IMG/VR virus record: IMGVR_UViG_3300024057_000003
Span: 1 to 58,122 of that record
DNA from: a virus
Lineage: Duplodnaviria; Caudoviricetes
Strand: one strand, 5' to 3'
DNA: 58,122 nucleotides
Shown here: positions 33,803-43,964 of the stretch, one piece after another
How the letters are laid out: every line of letters starts with the position of its first letter
How positions within the stretch are numbered: the first letter of the stretch is position 1
Translations under genes and position numbers: made by a program
The notes under the pieces: model-generated
Databases searched by the model: none
The model's input: only the letters and a program-made list of their open reading frames with translations
Told to the model about the DNA's origin: nothing

Positions 33803-35364
33803 TGGCTGACAACACAGGAATCTTTCAGTTCCAGAACGCAAAGGAATACGCGAAAGCGAAGATCGCCGAGGTCGATTCCCAGATCGACACGCGCGACAAC
33901 ACGGGCATCGGCGACCTCCTGATCAAGCCGGTCGAAGCCTTCCTCCAGCCCATCTTCGAGGAGGTGAAGCGGATCTCCGAAAACCAGTCGCTTATCGGTG
34001 GCGAAGCGCTGACGGAGACGGACGTCGACGCCCTGATCGCCAACCTCTTCCTCACCCGCCTCCAAGGGGCGAAGGCGCGCGGCACGGTCCGCGTCTTCTT
34101 CTCCGAGGCCGTGGCGGTTACGATTCCGGAGGCATCGGAATTCGTGGATGCCGTCGGCACGAGATTCTTCTCCCTGTCCGAGGTGACGATCACCGCCAAT
34201 CAGATGAGCCTGAACCGGGAGGGAGACTTCTTCTTCGTGGAAACGCTGGTCGAGGCAGAGGAGGTTGGAGAGGCCGGGAACGTCGCGCAGGAGGGCATCG
34301 TTGACTTCGTGAGCGGCCCGAGCAACGTCCTCAAGGTCGACAACCCCGACGATTTTACGGGCGGCACCCCCCGGGAAACGAACACCTCTCTCATCGACCG
34401 GGCGAAGGAGGCGATCACCGTCCGGGACCTTGTGTCCAAGCCGGCGATCAAGACGGTCCTCCGGGACCAAGAGGACTTCGCCTTTATCAAGGACATCCGG
34501 GTCATCGGCTTCGAGGATCCGGAGATGGAGCGGGACTTCCTGGTCGGCGACAACATGCAACTCGGGCTCCTTCCGCCCGTGGACGTGATCGGATCCACGA
34601 CCGGAATCCACATCGGAGGGAAGGTCGACATCTACATCCGCACGGTCGGGATCACGACGGAGACGGTCCTGATCGAGGACCTCAAGGCCACCGTCTTCCT
34701 GCGGCCGAAGGACAAGTTCGATCCCACGGTAGATCCCCCGACCGTCATGTTCGTCCCGCTCACAAAGCGGCCGATCATCGAGATCGTTGCCCTTCAGGAA
34801 GTGGACGCGATCACCGGGGATCCGATTGGATCTCCGCTCGTCGAGGGCTTGGATTTCGACGTGGTGGTTGACAACTTCACGCTCCGGTTCTCGGTCCGCG
34901 ATCGCTTGAAGCTGATCATCCACAACGGCCTGCTCATCGGCGGCAACCTCCAGATGACCTATACCCATTCCAATGACATCGTGCTGGTCCAGAGCTTCGT
35001 GAGCGACGAGGACAAGCAACGGGTGGTGACCGCCGATCTCTTGGTCAAATTCAGCCAGCCTGCCTTCGTGGACTTCACGGTGAGCTTCACGCTCGACGCG
35101 ACCTCGGAGGAGACGGCCGCCACGATCGAGACGAAGATCAACAACTTCATCAACAACCTCGAAGTGGGGGCGCGGCTGGAGGCGTCCGACATCGTGGACC
35201 TGATCTACGACAACGGAGGGACGTTCGTTCAGCTCCCGTTCACGATGACGGTCACGGTCCTGAACGACGATGGCACGAAGTCGGTGCAGACGAGCGAAAA
35301 CACCATTACGATCCCGACGACAGCAGGGTATCTGGCCCGGAATATCACGGTAGTTGAGGTCTAA
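33802..35364 (+). CDS. baseplate wedge J-like protein
   Basis: GIGDLLIKP, RLQGAKARGTVRVFF, VEAEEVGEAGNV, FTGGTPRETN. Confidence 0.85.
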   Translation: MADNTGIFQFQNAKEYAKAKIAEVDSQIDTRDNTGIGDLLIKPVEAFLQPIFEEVKRISENQSLIGGEALTETDVDALIANLFLTRLQGAKARGTVRVFFSEAVAVTIPEASEFVDAVGTRFFSLSEVTITANQMSLNREGDFFFVETLVEAEEVGEAGNVAQEGIVDFVSGPSNVLKVDNPDDFTGGTPRETNTSLIDRAKEAITVRDLVSKPAIKTVLRDQEDFAFIKDIRVIGFEDPEMERDFLVGDNMQLGLLPPVDVIGSTTGIHIGGKVDIYIRTVGITTETVLIEDLKATVFLRPKDKFDPTVDPPTVMFVPLTKRPIIEIVALQEVDAITGDPIGSPLVEGLDFDVVVDNFTLRFSVRDRLKLIIHNGLLIGGNLQMTYTHSNDIVLVQSFVSDEDKQRVVTADLLVKFSQPAFVDFTVSFTLDATSEETAATIETKINNFINNLEVGARLEASDIVDLIYDNGGTFVQLPFTMTVTVLNDDGTKSVQTSENTITIPTTAGYLARNITVVEV

Positions 35365-35366
35365 CG

Positions 35367-36809
35367 ATGGCGTTCCAGTCGGAATTCTTCTCCCAGCAAC
35401 TCGGGGACTACTGGCGTCGATTCAAGGAGATCGACGTCCTGAAGGCTTACTGGGATTCGATCATCGATCTCACCTCGAACCTCGGACTCGCCGCCGATCA
35501 GGTGAACAAGCAGAAGGGGTTGTTCACCGTTCCGGTCCGTCATCGCTCAAGCCCAGTCCTTTTCGTCTTCGACAGCAAGACGGCGGTGGGCACCGTCCCG
35601 GCCGGGTTCACCAGCTCGTTCTCGATCGGCAAGCAGATCGTGTCCATCCCACTCCTGACATCCATCTCGGATGGAACCGGGACGAAGTTCTTCGAGGGCC
35701 TGAGCTACGAGATCACCTCCCCCGGGGTGATCTCCTTCCGGTCAGTGCCCGTCCGGCTCATGTTCGCCGGAGACGTGTTCTCCAACCGCGAGTCGATCTT
35801 CAGGAACTTCGGGTTCCCGATCGATTTCAAGCAAGCCAACAGCGATGCCTACCTCCGCAGGACGCAGGCCCTCTGGTATGCCCTCTGGAACGGCGCCGCG
35901 GTCGAGAACATTCGGATCGGGATGCAGGCCCTCTTCGGCCTGCCGATCGCTCAAAGGGGCAGGGTGCTGTCGGTCGTCACCAACTTGGACGGGACCACGA
36001 GCATTCAGATCAACGGAGAGACCTTTGTCCTTCCGGATTACCTTGCCCCCGTGGTCTTCCCGGGTCAGGAGATCACGAACTTCACCCGGCTCTCGGACGG
36101 GGTGGAGGTCTGGGACCACATCAACAACCCCGACATCTTCGATCTCGTCGACATCCCGCCTCCCAAGAGGTTCTTCACCTTCATCAAGCAGGTCCTCGCC
36201 GACGTGATCATCGCCGACGAGCTGGCGACCGGAGAGATCTTCGACACCAGCCTGATCTTCAATTTCATCGACCGGATCCGGCCGGCGTACACGAACTGCA
36301 TCCTCGCGATCCTTCTCAGGCTGAAGGACTCCTTCCAGCTCTTCGTGGATTCGACCGACATCCAGGAGAAGCTCTGCCTGACGAAGACGGTCGGGATCAA
36401 TTACATGAACTACCTGATCGTCCCGGAATTCGCGGTCGTCAACTCCATCCCCGGGGCGACCCTCCAGGATCAGGTGGATGCGATCAAGGACGACATCGAA
36501 TTCGCCCTTGACGAAGAGGTGATTGCCTTCTCGGAAATCCTCAAGATTTTCGACACGGTGGACATGGTTTTGACGGCCACCGTCGGAAACGGCCCTATTG
36601 TGTCCGCAAGCCCCGCTGAGGGGCATAATCCAGTCAACCATTTCTCCCTCGGAAGTTCTTTTGAAACCCTTAACGGAACGACCTTGAACGACTATAATGA
36701 CCACCTGGCAGACTTCCCGGCCTTCGATCTGGATTTGGAGACGATTGGGTTCAAGGACCGGCTGGAAGTGAAAGACTTTACCACGAGCACAGTACTCGCG
36801 AGCGTGTAG
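35367..36809 (+). CDS. baseplate wedge protein (gp7/I-like)
   Basis: 480 aa after J; NFGFPI..YLRRTQALWYALWNG..FIDRIRPAYT. Confidence 0.6.
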   Translation: MAFQSEFFSQQLGDYWRRFKEIDVLKAYWDSIIDLTSNLGLAADQVNKQKGLFTVPVRHRSSPVLFVFDSKTAVGTVPAGFTSSFSIGKQIVSIPLLTSISDGTGTKFFEGLSYEITSPGVISFRSVPVRLMFAGDVFSNRESIFRNFGFPIDFKQANSDAYLRRTQALWYALWNGAAVENIRIGMQALFGLPIAQRGRVLSVVTNLDGTTSIQINGETFVLPDYLAPVVFPGQEITNFTRLSDGVEVWDHINNPDIFDLVDIPPPKRFFTFIKQVLADVIIADELATGEIFDTSLIFNFIDRIRPAYTNCILAILLRLKDSFQLFVDSTDIQEKLCLTKTVGINYMNYLIVPEFAVVNSIPGATLQDQVDAIKDDIEFALDEEVIAFSEILKIFDTVDMVLTATVGNGPIVSASPAEGHNPVNHFSLGSSFETLNGTTLNDYNDHLADFPAFDLDLETIGFKDRLEVKDFTTSTVLASV

Positions 36810-36818
36810 GAGAACTGG

Positions 36819-38270
36819 ATGGCTCAGGTTCCGACGTCCGAGATCGAGAAGATCACCGAGTTCAAGGCGGCCTACACCTCCAAGACCTTCAACAAGAAGA
36901 ACTTCGCCTTCTACCGGATCGACGGGGTTCTGGAGGGGATGGACGTCTCGGAGGCCAATCCCACCCAGCTTCGGATCACGGCCGGCGCCTTCATCCAGCG
37001 GGGGATCGTCATCGAGCTTCTGACCGACTTCCTCGTGGATCAGCCAGGCTTCGGCTTCCCCTGGACGATCTACGCCGACACGGGGGACGAGGCGTCCTCG
37101 ACCCCCACCTTCATCGCCGTCGCCCCCTCCGGGTCCGAGCCGACCGGAGTGGTCATCTTGGGCACGACCGAGGACGGGGACACGTTCGTCCTCCCGAAGA
37201 AGATCTCGATCAAGGAGATCTGCAACACGATCCAGGACCTCGAAAACACCCAGCGGGTGAGGCGCAACTTCCTCTGCAACGCGGGGTTCGAGCTGATCAA
37301 CCCCTTCAAGGGCTTGAGCTTCGTCTTCCCCGGCCCGGTGATGGACTGCTGGGAGGCCGACAATCTGACCGACAAGGCCTCGGGCTCCGTGCTCGCGGTG
37401 ACGACCGACCCTCTTCAGACCCTTCGGGGAGGCGCTGCCATCCTCCTGGAATCGGAGAAGTACCTTGATCCGGGAGGCCTTCAGCCCGACCTGACCAGCC
37501 TGCCGGCGCGGGTCCGCTCGAACGCCCGGATCTACCAGTCGGTCGAGGGGTATCAGGACCTCGTCGGGGAGCCGCTCACCTTCGCGTGCTCGCTCCGTCT
37601 GCCGCCGGGCCACGCCGCCCAGTTGCATGACCTGGAGATCTCGATCTACGGGTCCGCGATCGGCACGCCCGGCTTCTCAGACACGCCTGTCGACAAGTTC
37701 AGCTTCGTCATCCCGGCCGCGACCCTGTCGCAGAACTACCAGAGGTTCTTCGTCCAGGGAACGATCGTGAACCTGAATGCCGGAGTCGTGACCGTGCCGC
37801 TTCCGGCCTTGCCGGGGATCACTGCCCGGGTCGCCTTCATCAACAGCGAACCCGACACGTTCCCGGTGGGAGAGATCGACAAGGTGTTGATCGACGACTG
37901 CGTGCTCTATCAGGGTGCGATCGACAACCCGTCGTTCTTCCCCATCCCCGCGGCCGTCGACTGGCTCCGTGCCGAGTCCACGTTCGAGGCGCAGAACTTC
38001 GAGAAGGCCGAGTTGGGGATGTCGACGGACCTCGACTACCTGTTGGCCGGCAAGGTGCCGTTCTCCAGCAAGAAGCGGGGGATCCCCACGGTGAGCACGG
38101 ACGGCTTGGTCGTCAACGAGGACGGGTCGGCCTTTGCGACCAACAGCTCGGGCTCATACACTCCGGGCTTCATGGCCACCGGCAGGAACGAGTACCGTGG
38201 GCGGGTGGCAAAGCTGATCGCGGGCTTCCGTCCGGCACGCGTGGAAACCGTTGTGAGGGCGCAGAACTGA
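36819..38270 (+). CDS. virion structural protein with carbohydrate-binding-like domain
   Basis: 483 aa; RRNFLCNAGFE..WE..IDDCVLYQG pattern. Confidence 0.55.
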   Translation: MAQVPTSEIEKITEFKAAYTSKTFNKKNFAFYRIDGVLEGMDVSEANPTQLRITAGAFIQRGIVIELLTDFLVDQPGFGFPWTIYADTGDEASSTPTFIAVAPSGSEPTGVVILGTTEDGDTFVLPKKISIKEICNTIQDLENTQRVRRNFLCNAGFELINPFKGLSFVFPGPVMDCWEADNLTDKASGSVLAVTTDPLQTLRGGAAILLESEKYLDPGGLQPDLTSLPARVRSNARIYQSVEGYQDLVGEPLTFACSLRLPPGHAAQLHDLEISIYGSAIGTPGFSDTPVDKFSFVIPAATLSQNYQRFFVQGTIVNLNAGVVTVPLPALPGITARVAFINSEPDTFPVGEIDKVLIDDCVLYQGAIDNPSFFPIPAAVDWLRAESTFEAQNFEKAELGMSTDLDYLLAGKVPFSSKKRGIPTVSTDGLVVNEDGSAFATNSSGSYTPGFMATGRNEYRGRVAKLIAGFRPARVETVVRAQN

Positions 38271-39313
38271 TGCCACACGTACTGGTGGAGATCGACGGCG
38301 GCGGAGATCTCAAGCTGGCTTCGGAGATCAACGGCGCGATCATCACCGTCACGCCAGGGACCATCCCGTTCATCCACGAGCGCGAGGTGGAATTCGCCGT
38401 CTCCGCCGGCGGCGCGGCGGGGTCGAGCGTCGACATAGACATCACGGATCCATCAGCCCCCTCTTTCGTGGTCGGCGAGTTCGTTCAGATCAAAGAGGGG
38501 GCGCTCGAAGACTTCACGTCCATAGAGGTGATCGCGCCGGTCGGCGGCGGATCCAAGCTGACCCTCAAGACCCTGGCCAACACCTACACGACGGCCGCCA
38601 AGGTCTACAAGCTCAAGGTCTTCTTCGACCGGCTCCTGATCATCGACCCCACGCCGGGAGCGACGGAGGTCACGACGCTGTCGCTCTACGGAAGCCTGCG
38701 GGACCAGATGGCCTTCCGGGCCTCTTGGAACGCGATGACCCAGGACGAATTCGACTTCATGGTCGCAACAGGGTTTGGAGAGACTCTGGATCCGGGGACT
38801 CGGGCGGAGCAGATCAATCAGCTCGTCTGCGAGAAGCTGATGGTATCGCAAGTCCACGATCTCTACTGTGAAGAGATCGGGCTCAAGGGTCCCGGGTTTT
38901 TCACGCCGGACATCAATTTGGAAGATGGAGGTCCCTTCGTGAGTCATAGCTGCGCGACTTTTGAGGACCAGTTCGAGGACTTCAGCGGGACGGCGACATT
39001 CGACGAGTACATCTTCGAGATCCCGTTCGACACGTTCCTCACACGGGCGTCCATCTTCACGAACGTCTCGTCGGCCCTCGACGGCTACGTGACGATCACG
39101 AAGAACGACGTGACGCCGATCGTCGCCGCCGGGCCAGCGCCCCCGAACCGGAACCTGCCCGCGGTGACGGGACAGCTCAAGGGACTCGATTTGGCGAACG
39201 TGCCTGTGGTGAAGGGTGACAAGATCACGGTCCGGCTGAATCTGGTCAGCGCGAACGTGATTCAGCGGGCGAAGGTCGTCCTCGCCCACGCGCCGAGGCT
39301 CAAGAACCTGTAA
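38270..39313 (+). CDS. virion structural protein (C-terminal FEIPFD..KGDKI domain)
   Basis: 347 aa; C-terminal domain paralogous to 39323 and 40335. Confidence 0.7.
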   Translation: MPHVLVEIDGGGDLKLASEINGAIITVTPGTIPFIHEREVEFAVSAGGAAGSSVDIDITDPSAPSFVVGEFVQIKEGALEDFTSIEVIAPVGGGSKLTLKTLANTYTTAAKVYKLKVFFDRLLIIDPTPGATEVTTLSLYGSLRDQMAFRASWNAMTQDEFDFMVATGFGETLDPGTRAEQINQLVCEKLMVSQVHDLYCEEIGLKGPGFFTPDINLEDGGPFVSHSCATFEDQFEDFSGTATFDEYIFEIPFDTFLTRASIFTNVSSALDGYVTITKNDVTPIVAAGPAPPNRNLPAVTGQLKGLDLANVPVVKGDKITVRLNLVSANVIQRAKVVLAHAPRLKNL

Positions 39314-39322
39314 GGGACAGAA

Positions 39323-39754
39323 ATGCCGCACGGACCTTATGGCCAGGGGTCGTTCGAGGACCAGTTCGAGGAGTTCACTGGTCAGAACACGGTCGTCACG
39401 TACAGCTTCGAGGTGCCCTTCGACCTCGTTCTGGTGCGGGCTTCCGTGGGCACGAAGTCTGAGACGTCGGCTCTGGACGACGCCTACATCGCCGTCTCGA
39501 AGAACATCACGACCGACATCGTGCCGGCCGGGCCGTCGGGCAACCGGACGCTCCCGGTCAAGACGAACTTCCTCAAGGGCGTGGACCTCGCCAACATCAA
39601 CTGCAAGAAGGGCGACAAGATCACCGTGTGCCTCTTCGTCGAGGCACTCAACACCGTGAAGCGAGCCAAGGTAGTCCTGGCTTACTGTTGTCTCCTGCAA
39701 AGGCTTGGATTACCGCCCGATTACGGGTATGGTTATGCTGGTCCGCATCCTTAA
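39323..39754 (+). CDS. virion structural protein (stand-alone FEVPFD..KGDKI domain)
   Basis: 143 aa; clear paralog of C-terminus of 38270. Confidence 0.7.
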   Translation: MPHGPYGQGSFEDQFEEFTGQNTVVTYSFEVPFDLVLVRASVGTKSETSALDDAYIAVSKNITTDIVPAGPSGNRTLPVKTNFLKGVDLANINCKKGDKITVCLFVEALNTVKRAKVVLAYCCLLQRLGLPPDYGYGYAGPHP

Positions 39755-39772
39755 CTCTGAAGGAGAATGCTG

Positions 39773-40294
39773 ATGGGTGGCACGGTCTACGTGGTTGCGA
39801 ATGGTCGGACGATCCGTCTGAACGACGCTCGGGTCTTCAATCCCGGCTCGAAGTTCACGGTGCATCCGGAGGGCGAGTTCCCGGGCCTTCCCGGAGTGAG
39901 GGACGTGAGAATGGGGGGCGACATCCAGGACCTCATCGAGCGGAAGTTCATCGTGACCGAGACCGAGCTGGTCAACGGGGCGAAGACCAGGAACAAGGAG
40001 CAACTGCAAAGGCAGGCGAAGGACGCGAGGGCGAAGGCCAACGCCGCGATCGCCGAAGCCGACGCGAAGGAGAAGGCGGCCGCCGACGCAGAAGGCGCCG
40101 CTGCCCCACCACCGCCCGCGCCGGCCCCGCAGACCAAGCCTCCGGCCAAGCCTCCGACCGAGACCAAGACCTCCACCCCAAAGGGAGGCAAGAAAGACAA
40201 GCCCGCGGCCGAGAAGCCGCCGGCGGAAGGCGGCGCGGACCCCTCTTTCGAGGAGACGCCGAGCGAAGTCGCTCCGGCAGGAGGGTCGAAGTAA
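39773..40294 (+). CDS. protein with GRTIRL N-domain and Pro/Ala/Lys-rich tail
   Basis: AGGAG RBS best fits ATG 39773; N-terminus paralogous to 40335. Confidence 0.7.
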   Translation: MGGTVYVVANGRTIRLNDARVFNPGSKFTVHPEGEFPGLPGVRDVRMGGDIQDLIERKFIVTETELVNGAKTRNKEQLQRQAKDARAKANAAIAEADAKEKAAADAEGAAAPPPPAPAPQTKPPAKPPTETKTSTPKGGKKDKPAAEKPPAEGGADPSFEETPSEVAPAGGSK

Positions 40295-40334
40295 CGTCCC
40301 TGTTTGATTTTCAAGGCTTTACGAGGAGGAAACC

Positions 40335-41063
40335 ATGGCAGGCGTAGTGGCAACAGTCGCAGCGGGACGCACGGTTCGTCTGACGGACGGCCGCACGTTC
40401 GCCCCCACGAAGACCTTCACGGTCTACTCCGGCGCGGAGCTCCCGGTTCCTCCGGGCGCGTCCGACGTCGAGATGAGCCAGGAGATCACGGATCTCAAGA
40501 CGGCCGGGTACATCACGAGTGCCGCGTTGCCGGTGCAGATCCCGGGCGCCGCCGCGTCCTCGCTGGACAAGGATCCGTACCTCCAGGAGGTCCGGAGCCG
40601 CCAGGATCTCAACGTGATCGCCCTCGGATGCTACACGGTCGGCGGCCACAGGGAACCAGCGCAGGGCGCTTCGGTCACCGTCAAGATGTGCTTCGAGATC
40701 CCGTTCGACGGGTTCCTCGTCCGGTACGCTGCGTGCGCGCAGACCGTGACGGGTGCGCCGGTCATGGCGCTGGAGCATGCCGGAGGCGCGGTCGCCCCGG
40801 CGAGCGCTCCGTTCGTCTCCTCTGGCGTGCCGGTCGGTGTCGACCTCACGGTGCCGAAGCCCGTGGTCAAGGGCGACAAGATCGAATTCCTCCTGACCAC
40901 CGCGGTCGCCGAGGATCTGGTCGATGTCGGCGTGGTGGCCTCCCTGCTCTGCAAGCAGGTGCTTCACCAGACGGTGCCGGCCGATGCGGTCGTCGCGCTG
41001 GACACGGAAGCCAGCGGCGGGCCGGTGGTCCGAGGAGCGAAAACCTTCAACCCGATCCCGTAA
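40335..41063 (+). CDS. virion structural protein (GRTVRL + FEIPFD..KGDKI domains)
   Basis: 242 aa, GAGGAGG RBS. Confidence 0.7.
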   Translation: MAGVVATVAAGRTVRLTDGRTFAPTKTFTVYSGAELPVPPGASDVEMSQEITDLKTAGYITSAALPVQIPGAAASSLDKDPYLQEVRSRQDLNVIALGCYTVGGHREPAQGASVTVKMCFEIPFDGFLVRYAACAQTVTGAPVMALEHAGGAVAPASAPFVSSGVPVGVDLTVPKPVVKGDKIEFLLTTAVAEDLVDVGVVASLLCKQVLHQTVPADAVVALDTEASGGPVVRGAKTFNPIP

Positions 41064-41075
41064 TCGGAGTAGACG

Positions 41076-41684
41076 ATGCCGAAGGGGACGGTCACCGAGC
41101 ACAAGGACGGTACGGTCAAACTTACCGTGCCGTTCGACGTGGCGATCACGAACTACAGGTTCTTCTCGTCCGAGGACGGGGCGGGACCTGCGGAGCGTAT
41201 GGTGTTGCGAAAGACGGTCGCCAACCCGGGGGAATCCCCCCCGGGTTTGGCGTCCTTCACGCTCACCGACGGCGACCTTGGAATCCGTCCTGATCGTGGA
41301 TCTCACATCAGGATCGGCACGGACACTGGCGGGGTCTTTTCATCGAAGTTCGCGGAACCGCTGACGTTCATCGCGGAAGCCGACAACGGCAAGACGATCC
41401 GGGCAGAGACCGCCGCGGCCAACATGGACGGGACGGTGGGCAAGGGTCTCTTCGACTTCCAGCAACGTGAGCGGACGAAGATCCTTCGCGCCACCGGAAA
41501 GTTCAGCGTGGCCTCCGACTACACTCTCACGATCAAGGACGCGGCGGGGAAGGTGTCGAACATCTCCTCCGGAACCGCCGCACTGGGGTTCTCTGTTCCC
41601 GAGTTCTTCCTTGAACCAGGGGAGAAGCTGGAGTTGGTGACCGTCACCGCCGGGACTCATGAGGCAGAGGTCACACGGGAATGA
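41076..41684 (+). CDS. hypothetical structural protein
   Basis: 202 aa beta-rich, within operon. Confidence 0.65.
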   Translation: MPKGTVTEHKDGTVKLTVPFDVAITNYRFFSSEDGAGPAERMVLRKTVANPGESPPGLASFTLTDGDLGIRPDRGSHIRIGTDTGGVFSSKFAEPLTFIAEADNGKTIRAETAAANMDGTVGKGLFDFQQRERTKILRATGKFSVASDYTLTIKDAAGKVSNISSGTAALGFSVPEFFLEPGEKLELVTVTAGTHEAEVTRE

Positions 41685-42226
41685 ACCAGCTTCGCGACCA
41701 ACTCGGCGGCATGAAGGGCTATCTGGCGATCTACGATCTCATCGCCGGAGGTGGCGATCGAGACAAGCTGAGCTATCCGCACTGCAAGCCCATCAAGGGC
41801 AAGCTGCTTCACGGCGACCCGAACATCATCACCACGCTCGGCCGGGAGCGGGTGGCCGAACTGGTCACCGGCCTGTCCACCGACTTCGTCGACCAGCTCG
41901 CGATCGGCGACGGCGGGGCGCCGCAGAGCGACCTCCTGATCCCGATCGTGCCGGTGCTGTCGAACACGGCCCTGGCGCATGAACTGAAGCGCACGACGAT
42001 CGTGAACGCGGCCGTCGTCGGGCAGACGCTCACGTTCACCGCGACCTTCCTTACGGCGAGCCTGAGTCCAATCGACTTCATCGACAGCAACAACAAAGTG
42101 ATCAACGAGGCGGGGTTGTTCTGCAAGGACAACGTCCTCTTCGCAAGAAAGACCTTCCCATCGATCCCGTTCGCGCCAGCTGACCGGATCGGGGTCATCG
42201 CGGAGTGGTCCCTTGAGGTTCTGTAA
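41681..42226 (+). CDS. tail collar/fibre-attachment protein
   Basis: NIITTLGR..LAIGDGG..INEAGLF..LFARKTFP..W pattern. Confidence 0.7.
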   Translation: MNQLRDQLGGMKGYLAIYDLIAGGGDRDKLSYPHCKPIKGKLLHGDPNIITTLGRERVAELVTGLSTDFVDQLAIGDGGAPQSDLLIPIVPVLSNTALAHELKRTTIVNAAVVGQTLTFTATFLTASLSPIDFIDSNNKVINEAGLFCKDNVLFARKTFPSIPFAPADRIGVIAEWSLEVL

Positions 42227-43621
42227 ATGGGGATCCGTGTCGTTGGACCTGCGGAAACACTCACGACGATTGCCGCGGCGCTCGCCGAGGTAGCCGCCCT
42301 CACCCAGCCCCTCACCGAATTCCAGCAGATCGAGGTCAAGGAGGGGATCGCGCTCGCCGACGTCACGATCCCCTCCGGGATCATCCCCACGCTCGCGAAC
42401 CCGCTCCATCTCATCAACCACGAGCTGGACCGGCCTGTGGTCGACGATGTGACGATCGACAAGCCGCACCTCAAGTTCACCGGCTTCGAGATCAAGGGTG
42501 AGACGGCTGGGGGCGAAGACGGCCAGCTATTCAGCGAGAACCTTTGCCGGGGCAAGGTGGAGTTCATCGGAGACGGGTCGACTCCCTGGGCACTCAAGAT
42601 CTACAACAACGCGATCTTCGCGAAGGGCAAGGACGGCCTTTTGATCAAGGACATCCCCGGGGCCGTCCGGGCGATGTTCAACACCGTCCTCGGGCGCTCA
42701 GCCACGTCCGTAACGGCCTACGGCCTGAACATCGAGAACTCGGACGTGGAGGCGAGGTTCAACATCCTCGCCGCAATCGGGACGCCCTTCGCCAAGGCCA
42801 TCCGGATCAAGAACACGGCCAGCTCGTTCCTGACGATCGAGCGGAACATGTACGGGCTCTTCGAGTCGGCCACGCTCGGGACTTTCGAGGACGGGACGGG
42901 CGTGACGGAAGCGACCACCTTCACGGGGTGGCAGGCGGCCAGCGGAGAGGACACGACCTCAATCTTCCAGGACCCTGAGTTCAAGTGCCTCAACGAGGAC
43001 TTCGGGATCGATCTGGACGTCTCGAACACGTCGCCAGCGATCGCTCAGGGCGAATACGACCCGGACATCCAGATCGACATCGACAAGACTCGCCGGCCCA
43101 CGCTCCTCGGCGGCCCCAACCAGTCCACGACGCTGGGGGCCTACGAGGAGGCTCAGATCATCACGCTGAACGGGATCACGAGAGTTCTGGAGCTGATCGG
43201 CGGGCTCAGCTCGGACGCGATCACCAAGGTCGGCGTGGGAGAGATCGGGACGATCTCGGCCATCGAGTATCTCCGCCCCGAGACTCCGAAGCAGGACGAG
43301 ATCGATCTCCGCTCCAAGATCTTCACCCGAGACATCGCCGAACTGTCGGTGGACGGGGTCATCGCCAAGTTCAAGTGCATCCTCGGGCCATCGCCTGACA
43401 TGACGGAGGCGCTTCTGGACGCGCGGATCAACGAGATGCGGGAGGTCGGCCTCTTCGCCACCGATGGCGTGCTCTTCATGCGCCGGACGCTCTACAGGCT
43501 CCCATTCGATCCCCTGTCGGTCCTGGAGGCGACGTTCACCTTCGGGGTCTCCGTCGGGCCGTGCGAGGAGATCGAGGCCGTGGTCGGACCGGAGCTCACC
43601 GTGACGGCGGAGGTGGTGTAG
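42227..43621 (+). CDS. beta-helix protein with C-terminal collar-like domain
   Basis: 464 aa; IYNNAI, FNTV, FNIL repeats; C-term ITLNG..VGVGE..REVGLF..LFMRRT. Confidence 0.55.
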   Translation: MGIRVVGPAETLTTIAAALAEVAALTQPLTEFQQIEVKEGIALADVTIPSGIIPTLANPLHLINHELDRPVVDDVTIDKPHLKFTGFEIKGETAGGEDGQLFSENLCRGKVEFIGDGSTPWALKIYNNAIFAKGKDGLLIKDIPGAVRAMFNTVLGRSATSVTAYGLNIENSDVEARFNILAAIGTPFAKAIRIKNTASSFLTIERNMYGLFESATLGTFEDGTGVTEATTFTGWQAASGEDTTSIFQDPEFKCLNEDFGIDLDVSNTSPAIAQGEYDPDIQIDIDKTRRPTLLGGPNQSTTLGAYEEAQIITLNGITRVLELIGGLSSDAITKVGVGEIGTISAIEYLRPETPKQDEIDLRSKIFTRDIAELSVDGVIAKFKCILGPSPDMTEALLDARINEMREVGLFATDGVLFMRRTLYRLPFDPLSVLEATFTFGVSVGPCEEIEAVVGPELTVTAEVV

Positions 43622-43622
43622 G

Positions 43623-43964
43623 ATGGCCAACCTCGGCACGTTCAAGGAATCGACCGACAGCGCGCTCATCCGGGTCAAGGGGAGCATCCAGCTCGCGCCA
43701 GCCACGGTGGCCGTTCAGGTGCGCTTCGACGGGGGCGAGACGGTGGACCTTCCGTTGGTCGCCGATGCCGACACCGACGGGATCCCGACCAACGAGTTCA
43801 AGAACGACCCGCCGCTCGCCTTGGCCGGTCACAATCCAGGATTCGCAACGGTGAAGACGTCGGCGAAGGACACGCTGGACAGGCTTGGGCAGAGGATCGA
43901 CACGATCAAGATCACTTCGGAGTACGGACGAAACTACGGGCGCGATTACGGGAACGGAATGTAG
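43623..43964 (+). CDS. small structural protein with C-terminal YG repeat
   Basis: 113 aa ending EYGRNYGRDYGNGM. Confidence 0.65.
   Translation: MANLGTFKESTDSALIRVKGSIQLAPATVAVQVRFDGGETVDLPLVADADTDGIPTNEFKNDPPLALAGHNPGFATVKTSAKDTLDRLGQRIDTIKITSEYGRNYGRDYGNGM

Noticed and set aside
19940-36809. Extracellular contractile injection system/tailocin
   Set aside because: Capsid, protease, portal, adaptor and a phage RNAP are in the same locus, so this is a phage
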